From Candidatus Micrarchaeota archaeon (lineage in GTDB: Archaea > Micrarchaeota > Micrarchaeia > Micrarchaeales > CABMGC01): a DNA stretch of 64,000 bases. Below the pieces are notes generated by a model. The model saw only the letters and a program-made list of their open reading frames with translations. It ran no database searches and was not told where the DNA came from. Within the stretch, counting starts at the first letter, position 1. Each line of letters opens with the position of its first letter. The stretch lies in contig JAGWHD010000001.1 in NCBI GenBank assembly GCA_028866995.1, forward strand, positions 636,068 to 700,067, read 5' to 3'. The position numbers were made by a program, and so were the translations under genes. Shown one piece after another: positions 16,776 through 25,021 of this stretch.

Positions 16776-17444
16776 GTGTATAGGTCTATTATCGGTGAGT
16801 CTATAAAGGTACTTCTGTTGAGCAATTTGGAGGGCGGAACTGACAGGATAATGGACGCCCTGGACGAGAACGAGATAAGCATAGTGGCGAAGGAGGTCGA
16901 TACCGACGCGGAGGGCCTTGCATCTACGGCCTCGAAGTTCATGGACAGGAAGGGCTTCGACCTTCTCGTGTGCGTTCCTGACAACCCTTCAGGTGCAGGC
17001 ATAGCGCTTAACAAGTACAACGGGATACGCGCCGTGGTTTGCGCATCTCAGAGCGACATAGAGGAGGCGCTGTCGAACAAGGCCAACGCCATCATATTCA
17101 AGAACATGGGCGCGAGGGACATGCAAGGCGTCCTAGGATACCTGATGAGCAGGCACGAGACTGCAACCGCAACCCCGGCAGCGCCAGCGCAGAGGAGCAG
17201 GCAGCAGCCAAGGCAGCAGGTGCAGGAGCAGCCAAGGCAGCAGCCGCAGCAGCCAAGACAACCACTGTTCAAGGCGCCTTCATTCAGGATGCCTGAGATC
17301 CCTAAGCTCTCGATGCCTGCGCAGAAGGCGAGAGAGGAGCCTGTCCAGGAGAAGGAGAGACAGATGCCCGACAGGCAGCAGAAGGGCAAGAAGAAGGGCA
17401 TGCTCGAGAGGCTCAAGGACGAGCTGGGCATAATAGACGGCTGA
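16776..17444 (+). CDS. RpiB/LacA/LacB-fold domain protein with a Gln/Pro-rich C-terminal tail
   Basis: LLVCVPDNPSGAGIALNKYNGIRAVVCASQSDIEEALSNKANAIIF resembles the RpiB core. The tail carries QQPRQQVQEQPRQQPQQPRQP. GTG start. Confidence 0.45.
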   Translation: MYRSIIGESIKVLLLSNLEGGTDRIMDALDENEISIVAKEVDTDAEGLASTASKFMDRKGFDLLVCVPDNPSGAGIALNKYNGIRAVVCASQSDIEEALSNKANAIIFKNMGARDMQGVLGYLMSRHETATATPAAPAQRSRQQPRQQVQEQPRQQPQQPRQPLFKAPSFRMPEIPKLSMPAQKAREEPVQEKERQMPDRQQKGKKKGMLERLKDELGIIDG

Positions 17445-17472
17445 CGATCCAATTTCAAAACGGGTAATCTAC

Positions 17473-17772
17473 ATGGAGCTTGAATGCGGAAGGATAACAA
17501 GGTTCGTACTCCCTGCTGTAAGGGCGGCGATAGCGGAGAGGATGAGCGTAAGGAGGCACAGGCAGTCTGAGATAGCGGGCAAGCTGGGAATAGTGCAGGT
17601 TGCTGTGAGCAAGTACCTCAACGGAAGATACTCGGACGAGGTAGGCAGGATAAAGAGGTACATAGAGAGCAAGGGGCTGGAGAAGGGCATAGTCGAGAGG
17701 ATAGAGAGGGGAGAGAGCAAAGAGACGATAAATGCCGAGATAGACCAGCTCTGCACCGCTCTCACAAGGTAA
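17473..17772 (+). CDS. Small HTH transcriptional regulator (XRE-like)
   Basis: 99 aa. RQSEIAGKLGIVQVAVSKYLNGR helix-turn-helix. Confidence 0.55.
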   Translation: MELECGRITRFVLPAVRAAIAERMSVRRHRQSEIAGKLGIVQVAVSKYLNGRYSDEVGRIKRYIESKGLEKGIVERIERGESKETINAEIDQLCTALTR

Positions 17773-17790
17773 TGATCATTGGTTGATTGA

Positions 17791-19053
17791 ATGGTAGAAG
17801 AACTTGATCCTTTCAAGATAGCGCAGGAGCAGCTAGACGAGGCCGCGGAGATGATGAAGCTAGACAAGACGGCGCACGAGATACTCAGGGAGCCGATGCG
17901 GACCATATCCGTCAACATACCTGCGAAGATGCGCGACGGCACTGTCAAGGTCTTCAAGGGCTTCAGGGTGCAGTACAACGATGCAAGGGGGCCGGGCAAG
18001 GGGGGCATAAGGTACCATCCTGCGGAGAACCTGAACACAGTCAAAGCGCTCGCTGCGTGGATGACGTGGAAGACCGCGCTTGCCAACATACCTTACGGAG
18101 GCGCAAAGGGCGGCATAATCTGCGACCCCAAGTCGATGAACGACACAGAGCTCGAGAACCTCTCAAGGGCATACATACGCGCGATAGGCAAGTTCATAGG
18201 GCCGAAGGTCGACGTGCCAGCCCCTGACGTATACACGAACCCGCAGATAATGGCGTGGATGATGGATGAGTACAGCAAGCTCGTGGGGCACAACGAGTTC
18301 GGAGTCATAACCGGCAAGCCGCTCGAGGTGTGGGGATCCGAGGGCAGGTTCGATTCTACCGCATTGGGGGGCATGTACGTGCTGAGAGAGGCCGCAAAGA
18401 GGCTGAACCTGGACCCGAAGAAGGCGAAGATAGCGATACAGGGCTTCGGCAACGCCGGAAGGTTCGCGTACGAGCTCTCGCAGAAGGTCTTCGGCGCAAA
18501 GATAGTCGCGATAACAGACTCGAAGGGCGGGGTGTATGACCCTGCAGGGCTTGACTACGATAAGCTGCAGGCAGCTAAGGCCAAGGGCACGGTCGAGGAC
18601 TACAAGGGAGCGGACAGGATAACCAACGAGGAGCTGTTCAAGCTCGACGTCGACATAATAATACCAGCAGCGATAGAGAACCAGATAACCAGGAAGAACG
18701 CGGACAAGATAAAGGCGAAGCTCGTGCTAGAGCTCGCGAACGGGCCCGTCACTCCAGAGGCCGACAAGATCATGTTCGAGAAGGGCATAGTCGACATGCC
18801 TGACTTCCTCGTCAACTCAGGAGGGGTCATAGTCTCGTACTTCGAGTGGGTGCAGAACACCCAGAACTACTACTGGACAGAGCAGGATGTCTATTCAAAG
18901 CTCGACCAGATAATGACGAGGTCCTACAACGACGTAATCGGCACGCAGGATGTTTACAGGAAGAAGGGGAAGAAGATAAGCCCTAGGATGGCGGCATACA
19001 TAGTCGCTGTCGACAGGGTGGCAAGGGCGATGAAGGTCCGCGGCTGGTACTGA
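17791..19053 (+). CDS. gdhA: Glutamate dehydrogenase
   Basis: [15 protein letters not shown] and QGFGNAGRF motifs. 420 aa. Confidence 0.9.
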   Translation: MVEELDPFKIAQEQLDEAAEMMKLDKTAHEILREPMRTISVNIPAKMRDGTVKVFKGFRVQYNDARGPGKGGIRYHPAENLNTVKALAAWMTWKTALANIPYGGAKGGIICDPKSMNDTELENLSRAYIRAIGKFIGPKVDVPAPDVYTNPQIMAWMMDEYSKLVGHNEFGVITGKPLEVWGSEGRFDSTALGGMYVLREAAKRLNLDPKKAKIAIQGFGNAGRFAYELSQKVFGAKIVAITDSKGGVYDPAGLDYDKLQAAKAKGTVEDYKGADRITNEELFKLDVDIIIPAAIENQITRKNADKIKAKLVLELANGPVTPEADKIMFEKGIVDMPDFLVNSGGVIVSYFEWVQNTQNYYWTEQDVYSKLDQIMTRSYNDVIGTQDVYRKKGKKISPRMAAYIVAVDRVARAMKVRGWY

Positions 19054-19057
19054 GAAC

Positions 19058-19474
19058 TCACACTGAAGAGTTCTTGCTTGCTGTGACGTTCGCCAGCGGC
19101 ACCACCGTTGTAGTGTAGCACTGGTACTTGTTCACGTTGCCGCATGTCCCTATGAGCTTTGGATAGCACCCTTCAGGGCAGTTGACAGCTGTTGGCGCCG
19201 ATGTCTGGTTGCCCCAGCAGAACGCCGCTCCGCAATCTACTGTCGTGCTCCTCGAAGTCGTAGTGAAAGTGGTCGTAACTGTCGATATGCTCGAGTATGT
19301 GGTCACTGTCGTGGTGCTCCATGTGGTTATGACCGCGCCCCTGTAAAGCTGCTGCTGGCCTGACCCGTAGTTGGAGGTTATGTACTGCGCGCCTATCACG
19401 AAGGCGACTGCCGCAATGACGAATATCGCCACAGAGACAAGTATGGCATCCCTTTCCACGGCCCTAACGTCCAT
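19058..19474 (-). CDS. Membrane-anchored Thr-rich protein with a Cys-rich C-terminal module
   Basis: N-terminal TM ILVSVAIFVIAAVAFVIGA, T-rich stretch, then DCGAAFCWGNQTSAPTAVNCPEGCYPKLIGTCGNVNKYQCY (6 Cys). Confidence 0.45.
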   Translation of the reverse strand: MDVRAVERDAILVSVAIFVIAAVAFVIGAQYITSNYGSGQQQLYRGAVITTWSTTTVTTYSSISTVTTTFTTTSRSTTVDCGAAFCWGNQTSAPTAVNCPEGCYPKLIGTCGNVNKYQCYTTTVVPLANVTASKNSSV

Positions 19475-19515
19475 GAATAGAGATATGCAACAATCCTTAT
19501 ATATCTTATTTCGGG

Positions 19516-21240
19516 CTACCTCTTCAGGAAAGAAAGCAATTCCTTGCAGCCCATGGTGTTAATGACGTCGCCTTTCTCCAGCCATCCCCTTCTTGCGACT
19601 CCTATGCCGTACCTCATGAACGAGAGATGGTCTATCGAGTGTGAATCCGTGTCTATGCAGAACTTGAGCTTATGCTTCCTTGCCCTGAATATGTTCTCGT
19701 CGCTCAGGTCCAGCCTGTCCGGAAATCCGTCTATCTCCATGACCACCCCGTTCCTCTCAGCCGCCTCAAAGACCTTGTCGAAGTCGAAGTTTATCGGCTC
19801 CCTCGCGTTTATGAGCCTGTCTGTGGGGTGCGCCCATATGCTGACATGGCCTGAATCAAACGCCCTGACTATCCTCCTTGTCATCTCCTCCTTGGGCATC
19901 GTCAGGCTGGTATGTATGCTCGCAAGCGTATAGTCCATCATGTCCATCGTCTTGCTGGAGAGATCCAGCGAGCCGTCCTTCAGTATGTCTATCTCAGCCC
20001 CTTTCAGTATCCTTATGCCTTCAGCAGAGTCATTGGCCTTGTCTATCGCCGCAAGGTGCTTCACGAACCTCCTGTCGTCCATCCCGTGGGCAACGTACTC
20101 GCTCTTGCTGTGGTCGCTTATGCCTATGTACTCCCTCCCTAGCTTCTTCGCAGCGTCTGCCATCTCCATTATGCTGTACGACCCGTCGCTCGCAGTGGTG
20201 TGCGTGTGAAGGTCTCCCCTTATCTCATCAAGCTCTATCAACTTAGGCAGTTTGTGCTTGATAGCGAGCTCTACCTCTCCGCGGTTCTCGCGCATCTCAG
20301 GGGGCATGCAGTCCATGCCCAGCTTCTTGTATATGTCCTCCTCACCGTCCTTCGACACGTTCCTGCCCTTCTTGTCGAAGAGCCCGTACTCGTTCAGCTT
20401 GTACCCCTTGCCTATCGCTATCTCCCTCAGCTTCACGTTGTGCTCCTTGTTGCCGGTGAAGTACTGGAGAGCCGCGCCGAAGCTCTCATCATCTACCACT
20501 CTAACGTCGCAGTTGAGGCCTATCTTAAGCCTGACCGTCGTCTTGGTTGGTCCCATCAGCACCACGCTCTCAACCTCGCGCATTCCCGATATGAAATCCA
20601 TGACCCTCTCCGGCTTGCCAGAGGTCAAGAGTATGTCCAGATCACCTACCGTCTCCTTCCTCCTTCTCGTGGACCCTCCGATTACCGCTTCATGCACAAG
20701 CCCTGATCCCTTTATGCTTTTGACAATCCTCTCTGCTTCAGGCAGCGCCCTTCCAAGGAGCATCCTTCCGCTGCTGGATTCGTACTGCTGTATGCCCTTC
20801 AGTATGACCTCTTCGCTCCTTTCTCCGAATCCTTCGAGCTTCATTATCCTGTGCTCCTCTATGGCCTTCTTCAGGCTGCCGAGGTCCTTCACCTTCAGCT
20901 CCTTGTAGAGCCTCGCGGCCTTCTTGGCCCCTAATCCAGGTATCTTGGTGAGGGTGTTGAAGTCTATCGGGAACCTCTTCTTCAGTTCGTCATACTTCCC
21001 TATCCTTCCTGTCTTGATGTACTCCTCGATGTGCTGGCTCGTGGATTTTCCTATTCCTGGCAGCTCCTGCAGCGCCTCGAGCCCTCCCCTGGCGTATATG
21101 TCCTCAACAGGCTCCTGCAGGTCCTGTATCGTCTGCGCCGCCTTCCTGTATGCGAGCACCTCGAACTTCCTGTCGACAGTGTCCAGCTCGAGCATGTCAG
21201 CTATCTCCTCAAATATCTCAGCGATCCTCGAATTGACCAT
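19516..21240 (-). CDS. polX: Family X DNA polymerase with a C-terminal PHP domain
   Basis: From the internal ATG MVNSRIAEIFEEIADMLEL. HhH motifs PGIGKSTSQHI and PGLGAKKA. GSTRRRKETVGDLDIL. PHP motif GDLHTHTTASDG. The track's longer N-terminus reads through the 3' end of the upstream LamG gene in another frame. Confidence 0.85.
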   Translation of the reverse strand: MVNSRIAEIFEEIADMLELDTVDRKFEVLAYRKAAQTIQDLQEPVEDIYARGGLEALQELPGIGKSTSQHIEEYIKTGRIGKYDELKKRFPIDFNTLTKIPGLGAKKAARLYKELKVKDLGSLKKAIEEHRIMKLEGFGERSEEVILKGIQQYESSSGRMLLGRALPEAERIVKSIKGSGLVHEAVIGGSTRRRKETVGDLDILLTSGKPERVMDFISGMREVESVVLMGPTKTTVRLKIGLNCDVRVVDDESFGAALQYFTGNKEHNVKLREIAIGKGYKLNEYGLFDKKGRNVSKDGEEDIYKKLGMDCMPPEMRENRGEVELAIKHKLPKLIELDEIRGDLHTHTTASDGSYSIMEMADAAKKLGREYIGISDHSKSEYVAHGMDDRRFVKHLAAIDKANDSAEGIRILKGAEIDILKDGSLDLSSKTMDMMDYTLASIHTSLTMPKEEMTRRIVRAFDSGHVSIWAHPTDRLINAREPINFDFDKVFEAAERNGVVMEIDGFPDRLDLSDENIFRARKHKLKFCIDTDSHSIDHLSFMRYGIGVARRGWLEKGDVINTMGCKELLSFLKR

Positions 21241-21281
21241 GATAAAAATACGGCTTAGGAATAGATAAATTTTGGCTTTTG

Positions 21282-22169
21282 CTAAGTGGGTCCTGTATAC
21301 GTGCTCTGCCAGTTCGCATTCCATACGACAGGCTGGACGGCACCCCCACCTATGGTGTTCACGCCCTGGTAGTTGTTGCCAGAGTAGTCGTTCATGTTCC
21401 CGTTGAGCGGCCACCACGCGACCGTCTTCTGCGGGTTTATCGGTGCGCCCCCTATGCCCTCATTGTACAGCGAGGTCAATGACGCCTTGTCCAGAGAGAC
21501 GTTGTACACCTGTATATTAGCAAGGTAGCCGGTCCACAGGGAGCCCCCGTTGCCTCCGCCAATGTCTACAACAGTCGACGGGGTGTAGAACAGGTTCCCG
21601 TTGCCGCCGAAGGTCTGCACCGTAGAGTACGTGCCGCTGCTGTTGATTACCGTTATGTTGGCGTTTCCGTTCGTGTTGTTCAGGTTCACGCTGACGAACT
21701 CCCAAGCACGGAAAACGATCGGAGTCAGTTGACCGTAGTTCCCGTAACTGGTCACGTTCTTGAATATGAAAGAAGGGCTGGGGCAGTCCTTCACTCCCAT
21801 TGTCGAACCGTGAAAGCCGCCTGACTGCCATATCGACATGATGACAGTCGGGCTGACGCAGCTTTGCATGTTGTCATATTCCCAGAATGTGAAGGTATAT
21901 GCGCTTCCGGCCTGCGCCCACGAAACGGCAACCTGCGCATTGCCGTTGAACTGCCCTATGTATTTCGGGATGAGATTGCTGCACTGCCCGGCAAGGCTTG
22001 TCTGCGCCGCTGTTCTTACGACTTCGCATGAGCCCGGAGCGGCGACAGGCTGCAGGCTGCCCGAATTGAATATCCCAAGGGAATAGAGCGACACCATGAC
22101 GATTGCAATGGCGAGGATCGCCCATCCATAGGTCATCAGGTATTCCATCGCAGATTGAAATTTTAACAT
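21282..22169 (-). CDS. Class III signal peptide protein with a divergent LamG-like domain (tandem copy A)
   Basis: Start MLKFQSAMEYLMTYGWAILAIAIVMVSLYSLGIFN at 22169. YTFTFWEY, GYLANIQVYNVSLD, tail WWPLNGNMNDYSGNNYQG. Confidence 0.7.
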   Translation of the reverse strand: MLKFQSAMEYLMTYGWAILAIAIVMVSLYSLGIFNSGSLQPVAAPGSCEVVRTAAQTSLAGQCSNLIPKYIGQFNGNAQVAVSWAQAGSAYTFTFWEYDNMQSCVSPTVIMSIWQSGGFHGSTMGVKDCPSPSFIFKNVTSYGNYGQLTPIVFRAWEFVSVNLNNTNGNANITVINSSGTYSTVQTFGGNGNLFYTPSTVVDIGGGNGGSLWTGYLANIQVYNVSLDKASLTSLYNEGIGGAPINPQKTVAWWPLNGNMNDYSGNNYQGVNTIGGGAVQPVVWNANWQSTYTGPT

Positions 22170-22188
22170 CCGAATCACGATGAAGGGG
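22151..22188 (-). repeat. 38-nt gene-junction repeat, copy 1 (identical to 23014..23051)
   Basis: cagattgaaattttaacatccgaatcacgatgaagggg occurs exactly at both LamG gene junctions. It spans the start codon, a 5-nt spacer and the preceding stop. Confidence 0.9.
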
Positions 22189-23032
22189 TGGTATATCCAG
22201 ACTGCCAGTTGGCATTCCATGTAACATTGAATGGCGTGCCTTGCCTGTTGCTTCCAGAATAGTCGTTGGCGTTGCCGTTGAGCGGCCACCACCCCACAAC
22301 GTGCTGTACATCTATCGGTGCTCCCCCTATCCCTTCCATGTATAGGGCCTTTACAGAAGAGTTGTCAAGCGATACATTGTAAATCTGCGCGTTTGCCACC
22401 AATCCGTTGAATCCCCTGCCTATATAGTAAGGATTGGTGCTGTTGGAACACATGCCTGACTGCAATGTGCTCGATCTCTTCACGCCGTCGATGTAAAGAG
22501 TTACTGTCGATCCGTTGTAGGTCGCCAAGGCCTGGTGCCATCTCTTATCCGTTATCGAAACGCTGCCAGTGGCCGCAAACAAAGAACCGTCGCAGGTCGG
22601 ATACTTGCCGAATTCAACGTAAACAAGAGCTCCCCAGTTGTTGGTTCTTATGGCCGAATAGTAATGGCTGTCACGACTCGCAGAAGCTCCAACTAGATAA
22701 GGCCACTGTGAAAGCGTTGAGTTGCCTGCATATCTTACCCATACTGAATAGGTGAAATTGCCTCCGTATGCCATCGGCACCCCAACATTAATGTTCGAAT
22801 TGTACTTGTTGTAATTGGCTGTGTACTTGGGTATGATATTGCCGCACTGCCCGGCAAGGCTTGTCTGTGCCACTGTCCTCACGACCTGGCAGGATCCTGG
22901 AGTAGCTGTCGGCTGCAGGTTTCCCGTGTTGAATATGCCAAGCGAATAGAGCGATACCATGACGATCGCAATGGCGAGGATGGCCCATCCATAGGTCATC
23001 AGGTACTCCATTGCAGATTGAAATTTTAACAT
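22175..23032 (-). CDS. Class III signal peptide protein with a LamG lectin-like domain (tandem copy B)
   Basis: MLKFQSAMEYLMTYGWAILAIAIVMVSLYSLGIFN. FTYSVWVRY, RWHQALATYNGSTVTLYIDGVK, VANAQIYNVSLD, WWPLNGNANDYSGSNRQG. An alternative GTG start lies at 23041. Confidence 0.75.
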   Translation of the reverse strand: MLKFQSAMEYLMTYGWAILAIAIVMVSLYSLGIFNTGNLQPTATPGSCQVVRTVAQTSLAGQCGNIIPKYTANYNKYNSNINVGVPMAYGGNFTYSVWVRYAGNSTLSQWPYLVGASASRDSHYYSAIRTNNWGALVYVEFGKYPTCDGSLFAATGSVSITDKRWHQALATYNGSTVTLYIDGVKRSSTLQSGMCSNSTNPYYIGRGFNGLVANAQIYNVSLDNSSVKALYMEGIGGAPIDVQHVVGWWPLNGNANDYSGSNRQGTPFNVTWNANWQSGYTTPSS

Positions 23033-23051
23033 CCGAATCACGATGAAGGGG
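23014..23051 (-). repeat. 38-nt gene-junction repeat, copy 2
   Basis: Exact copy of 22151..22188. Confidence 0.9.
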
Positions 23052-23904
23052 CGGCATACCCGCTCTGCCAGTTCGCGTTCCAGTTTACGTTCGTCGGTGT
23101 GCCTTGGTTGTTGTTTCCGGAATAATCATTCACATTGCCGTTCAGCGGCCACCACCCTACTAAATGCTTTACATCTATGGGTACGCCACCAATCCCTTCC
23201 TGATAAAGGGCTTTCACTGCTGCACTATCAAGAGAGGTATTGTAAACCTGGACATTCGATATCGAACCATTATAGCCATAGCCGACATAATACGGCGTAC
23301 TGCCTGGGCATAAACCAGATTGTGATGCGCTGTTCTGTTTGATGCCATCGACATAAAGGACTAACGCAGAGCCGTTGTAGGTCCCGACTGCTTGGTGCCA
23401 TTTCCCGTCTGAAATCGACACGCCTCCGGCGTTAGTGTAGCTTGTGCCATCGCATGTCGGATACTTTCCATACTCCAGGAAGACGCTAGCTCCCCAATTG
23501 GACGTCCTCAGTGCTGACCATTCGTGGCTTCCCTGCCCTGCAGATGCGCCGAGGATGGTCGGCCATTGGGAGACTGTTTTATTAGAAAGGTACTTGATCC
23601 AGATGACATAGGTGAAGTTACCGCCAAAAGGCATCGGGGTGCCGACAGTAATAAGCGACGAATACCCGACCCTTCCCACATACTTCGGGATGAGGTTGTT
23701 GCACTGCCCTGCGAGGCTCGTCTGCGCAGCCGTCCTCACGACCTGGCAGGATCCAGTTGTTGCTGTAGGCTGCAAATTCCCAGTATTGAATATCCCCAAC
23801 GAGTATAAGGAAACCATGACAATGGCAATGGCGAGTATGGCCCATCCATAGGTCATCAGGTACTCCATCGCTGACTGCAACCTTGTCTTTTTCAGGATGG
23901 CCAT
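23038..23904 (-). CDS. Class III signal peptide protein with a LamG lectin-like domain (tandem copy C)
   Basis: MAILKKTRLQSAMEYLMTYGWAILAIAIVMVSLYSLGIFN. FTYVIWIKY, KWHQAVGTYNGSALVLYVDGIK, ISNVQVYNTSLD, WWPLNGNVNDYSGNNNQG. Confidence 0.75.
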   Translation of the reverse strand: MAILKKTRLQSAMEYLMTYGWAILAIAIVMVSLYSLGIFNTGNLQPTATTGSCQVVRTAAQTSLAGQCNNLIPKYVGRVGYSSLITVGTPMPFGGNFTYVIWIKYLSNKTVSQWPTILGASAGQGSHEWSALRTSNWGASVFLEYGKYPTCDGTSYTNAGGVSISDGKWHQAVGTYNGSALVLYVDGIKQNSASQSGLCPGSTPYYVGYGYNGSISNVQVYNTSLDSAAVKALYQEGIGGVPIDVKHLVGWWPLNGNVNDYSGNNNQGTPTNVNWNANWQSGYAAPSS

Positions 23905-23971
23905 GTCATTTCCACTATATGTCGTTTTTTGCAAAGCTATTTATTATTGCCATACGTCATTACACTGAGGC

Positions 23972-25018
23972 ATGGGCATGTACGGCGAGACGATTAAGAA
24001 TGCAAACTTCGACATAAACGACTTCGAGGCGTTCAAGCCTAGGATAGGCGTTGTCGGAGTAGGCGGAGGGGGGAACAACACTGTGGAGAGGCTAAGCAGG
24101 CTCGATGTGAGAGGCGCAAGGCTGTTCGCATTCAATACCGATGCAAAGCAGATAAACATGATACCCCCGAACATCACAAAGCTCATGCTGGGCAAGTCAC
24201 TGACCCACGGCCTCGGGGCGGGAGGATATCCTGAGATAGGCGAGAAGGCAGCGGACCTCTCGGGCCACGACATAGAGGTGCTGATAAAGGACCTGAACAT
24301 GGTCTTCCTGACCGCTGGAATGGGCGGAGGGACAGGGACCGGAGCCGCTCCTGTAGTGGCAAGGATAGCGAGGGAGAACGGAGCCATAGTCATAGGCGTT
24401 GTCACGATACCATTCTCGCTGGAGAGGGTGAGGCTGGAGACAGCAAGGAAGGGGATAAAGAAGCTCAGGGAGCAGGTAGACACGCTCATAATAATAGACA
24501 ACCAGAAGCTGGTCCAGGTGTACCCTAACCTGCCGATAGAGAAGACGTTCGCGATAGCCGATGACATAACCGCAAAGGCTGTCAGGGGCATAACCGAGGC
24601 CATAACGCAGCCCAGCCTGATAAACCTGGACTTCGCGGATGTCAGGAGCATAATGAGGAGAGGCGGACTGGCTATGATAAGCGTGGGCTCGGCCCACGGC
24701 TCGAACAGGGTAGAGGACGTGGTCCACGACACGCTGAAGAACAAGCTGCTTGATGTTGATTACAGCGACGCGAAAGGGGTCCTGCTCCACATTACGGGAG
24801 GGCCCGACCTTACGCTCGGAGACGCCAACCAGATAGGCGAGAAACTGACGTCAAGCTCTGCGCCGAACGCAGAGGTGATATGGGGCGCAAGGCTCGACAG
24901 GGACTTCTCGGGAAGGACCGAGGTAATAGCGATCTTCACAGGGGTCAAGGGAGGAGCCTCTGTAATGGGCCACGATGAGGCGCCGCAGGGCAACGACCTC
25001 GGATTCGGAATGATCTGA
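23972..25018 (+). CDS. ftsZ: Cell division protein FtsZ
   Basis: GVGGGGNN and GMGGGTGTGAAPVVA tubulin/FtsZ signatures. 348 aa. Confidence 0.95.
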   Translation: MGMYGETIKNANFDINDFEAFKPRIGVVGVGGGGNNTVERLSRLDVRGARLFAFNTDAKQINMIPPNITKLMLGKSLTHGLGAGGYPEIGEKAADLSGHDIEVLIKDLNMVFLTAGMGGGTGTGAAPVVARIARENGAIVIGVVTIPFSLERVRLETARKGIKKLREQVDTLIIIDNQKLVQVYPNLPIEKTFAIADDITAKAVRGITEAITQPSLINLDFADVRSIMRRGGLAMISVGSAHGSNRVEDVVHDTLKNKLLDVDYSDAKGVLLHITGGPDLTLGDANQIGEKLTSSSAPNAEVIWGARLDRDFSGRTEVIAIFTGVKGGASVMGHDEAPQGNDLGFGMI

Positions 25019-25021
25019 AGC

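Noticed and set aside
21241-21417. N-terminal extensions MVAAQREHERLLWQQ... (PolX ORF) and MVAAQRQRQRLFWKQQ... (LamG copy A ORF, 22170..22292). They look like a shared conserved leader.
   Set aside because: Both extensions are out-of-frame read-through of the conserved WWPLNGN... 3' ends of the upstream LamG genes. The true starts (MVNSRIAEIF at 21240, MLKFQSAMEY at 22169) are obvious.
23944-24744. 266-aa ORF antisense to ftsZ. Similar long antisense ORFs lie opposite rad50 (25455..26897), the AAA gene (45483..46529), gdhA (17469..18089) and aCPSF1 (54275..55207).
   Set aside because: These are shadow ORFs. They are low-complexity, Ser/Leu/Pro/Arg-rich translations lying entirely inside genes with unmistakable family motifs on the other strand.
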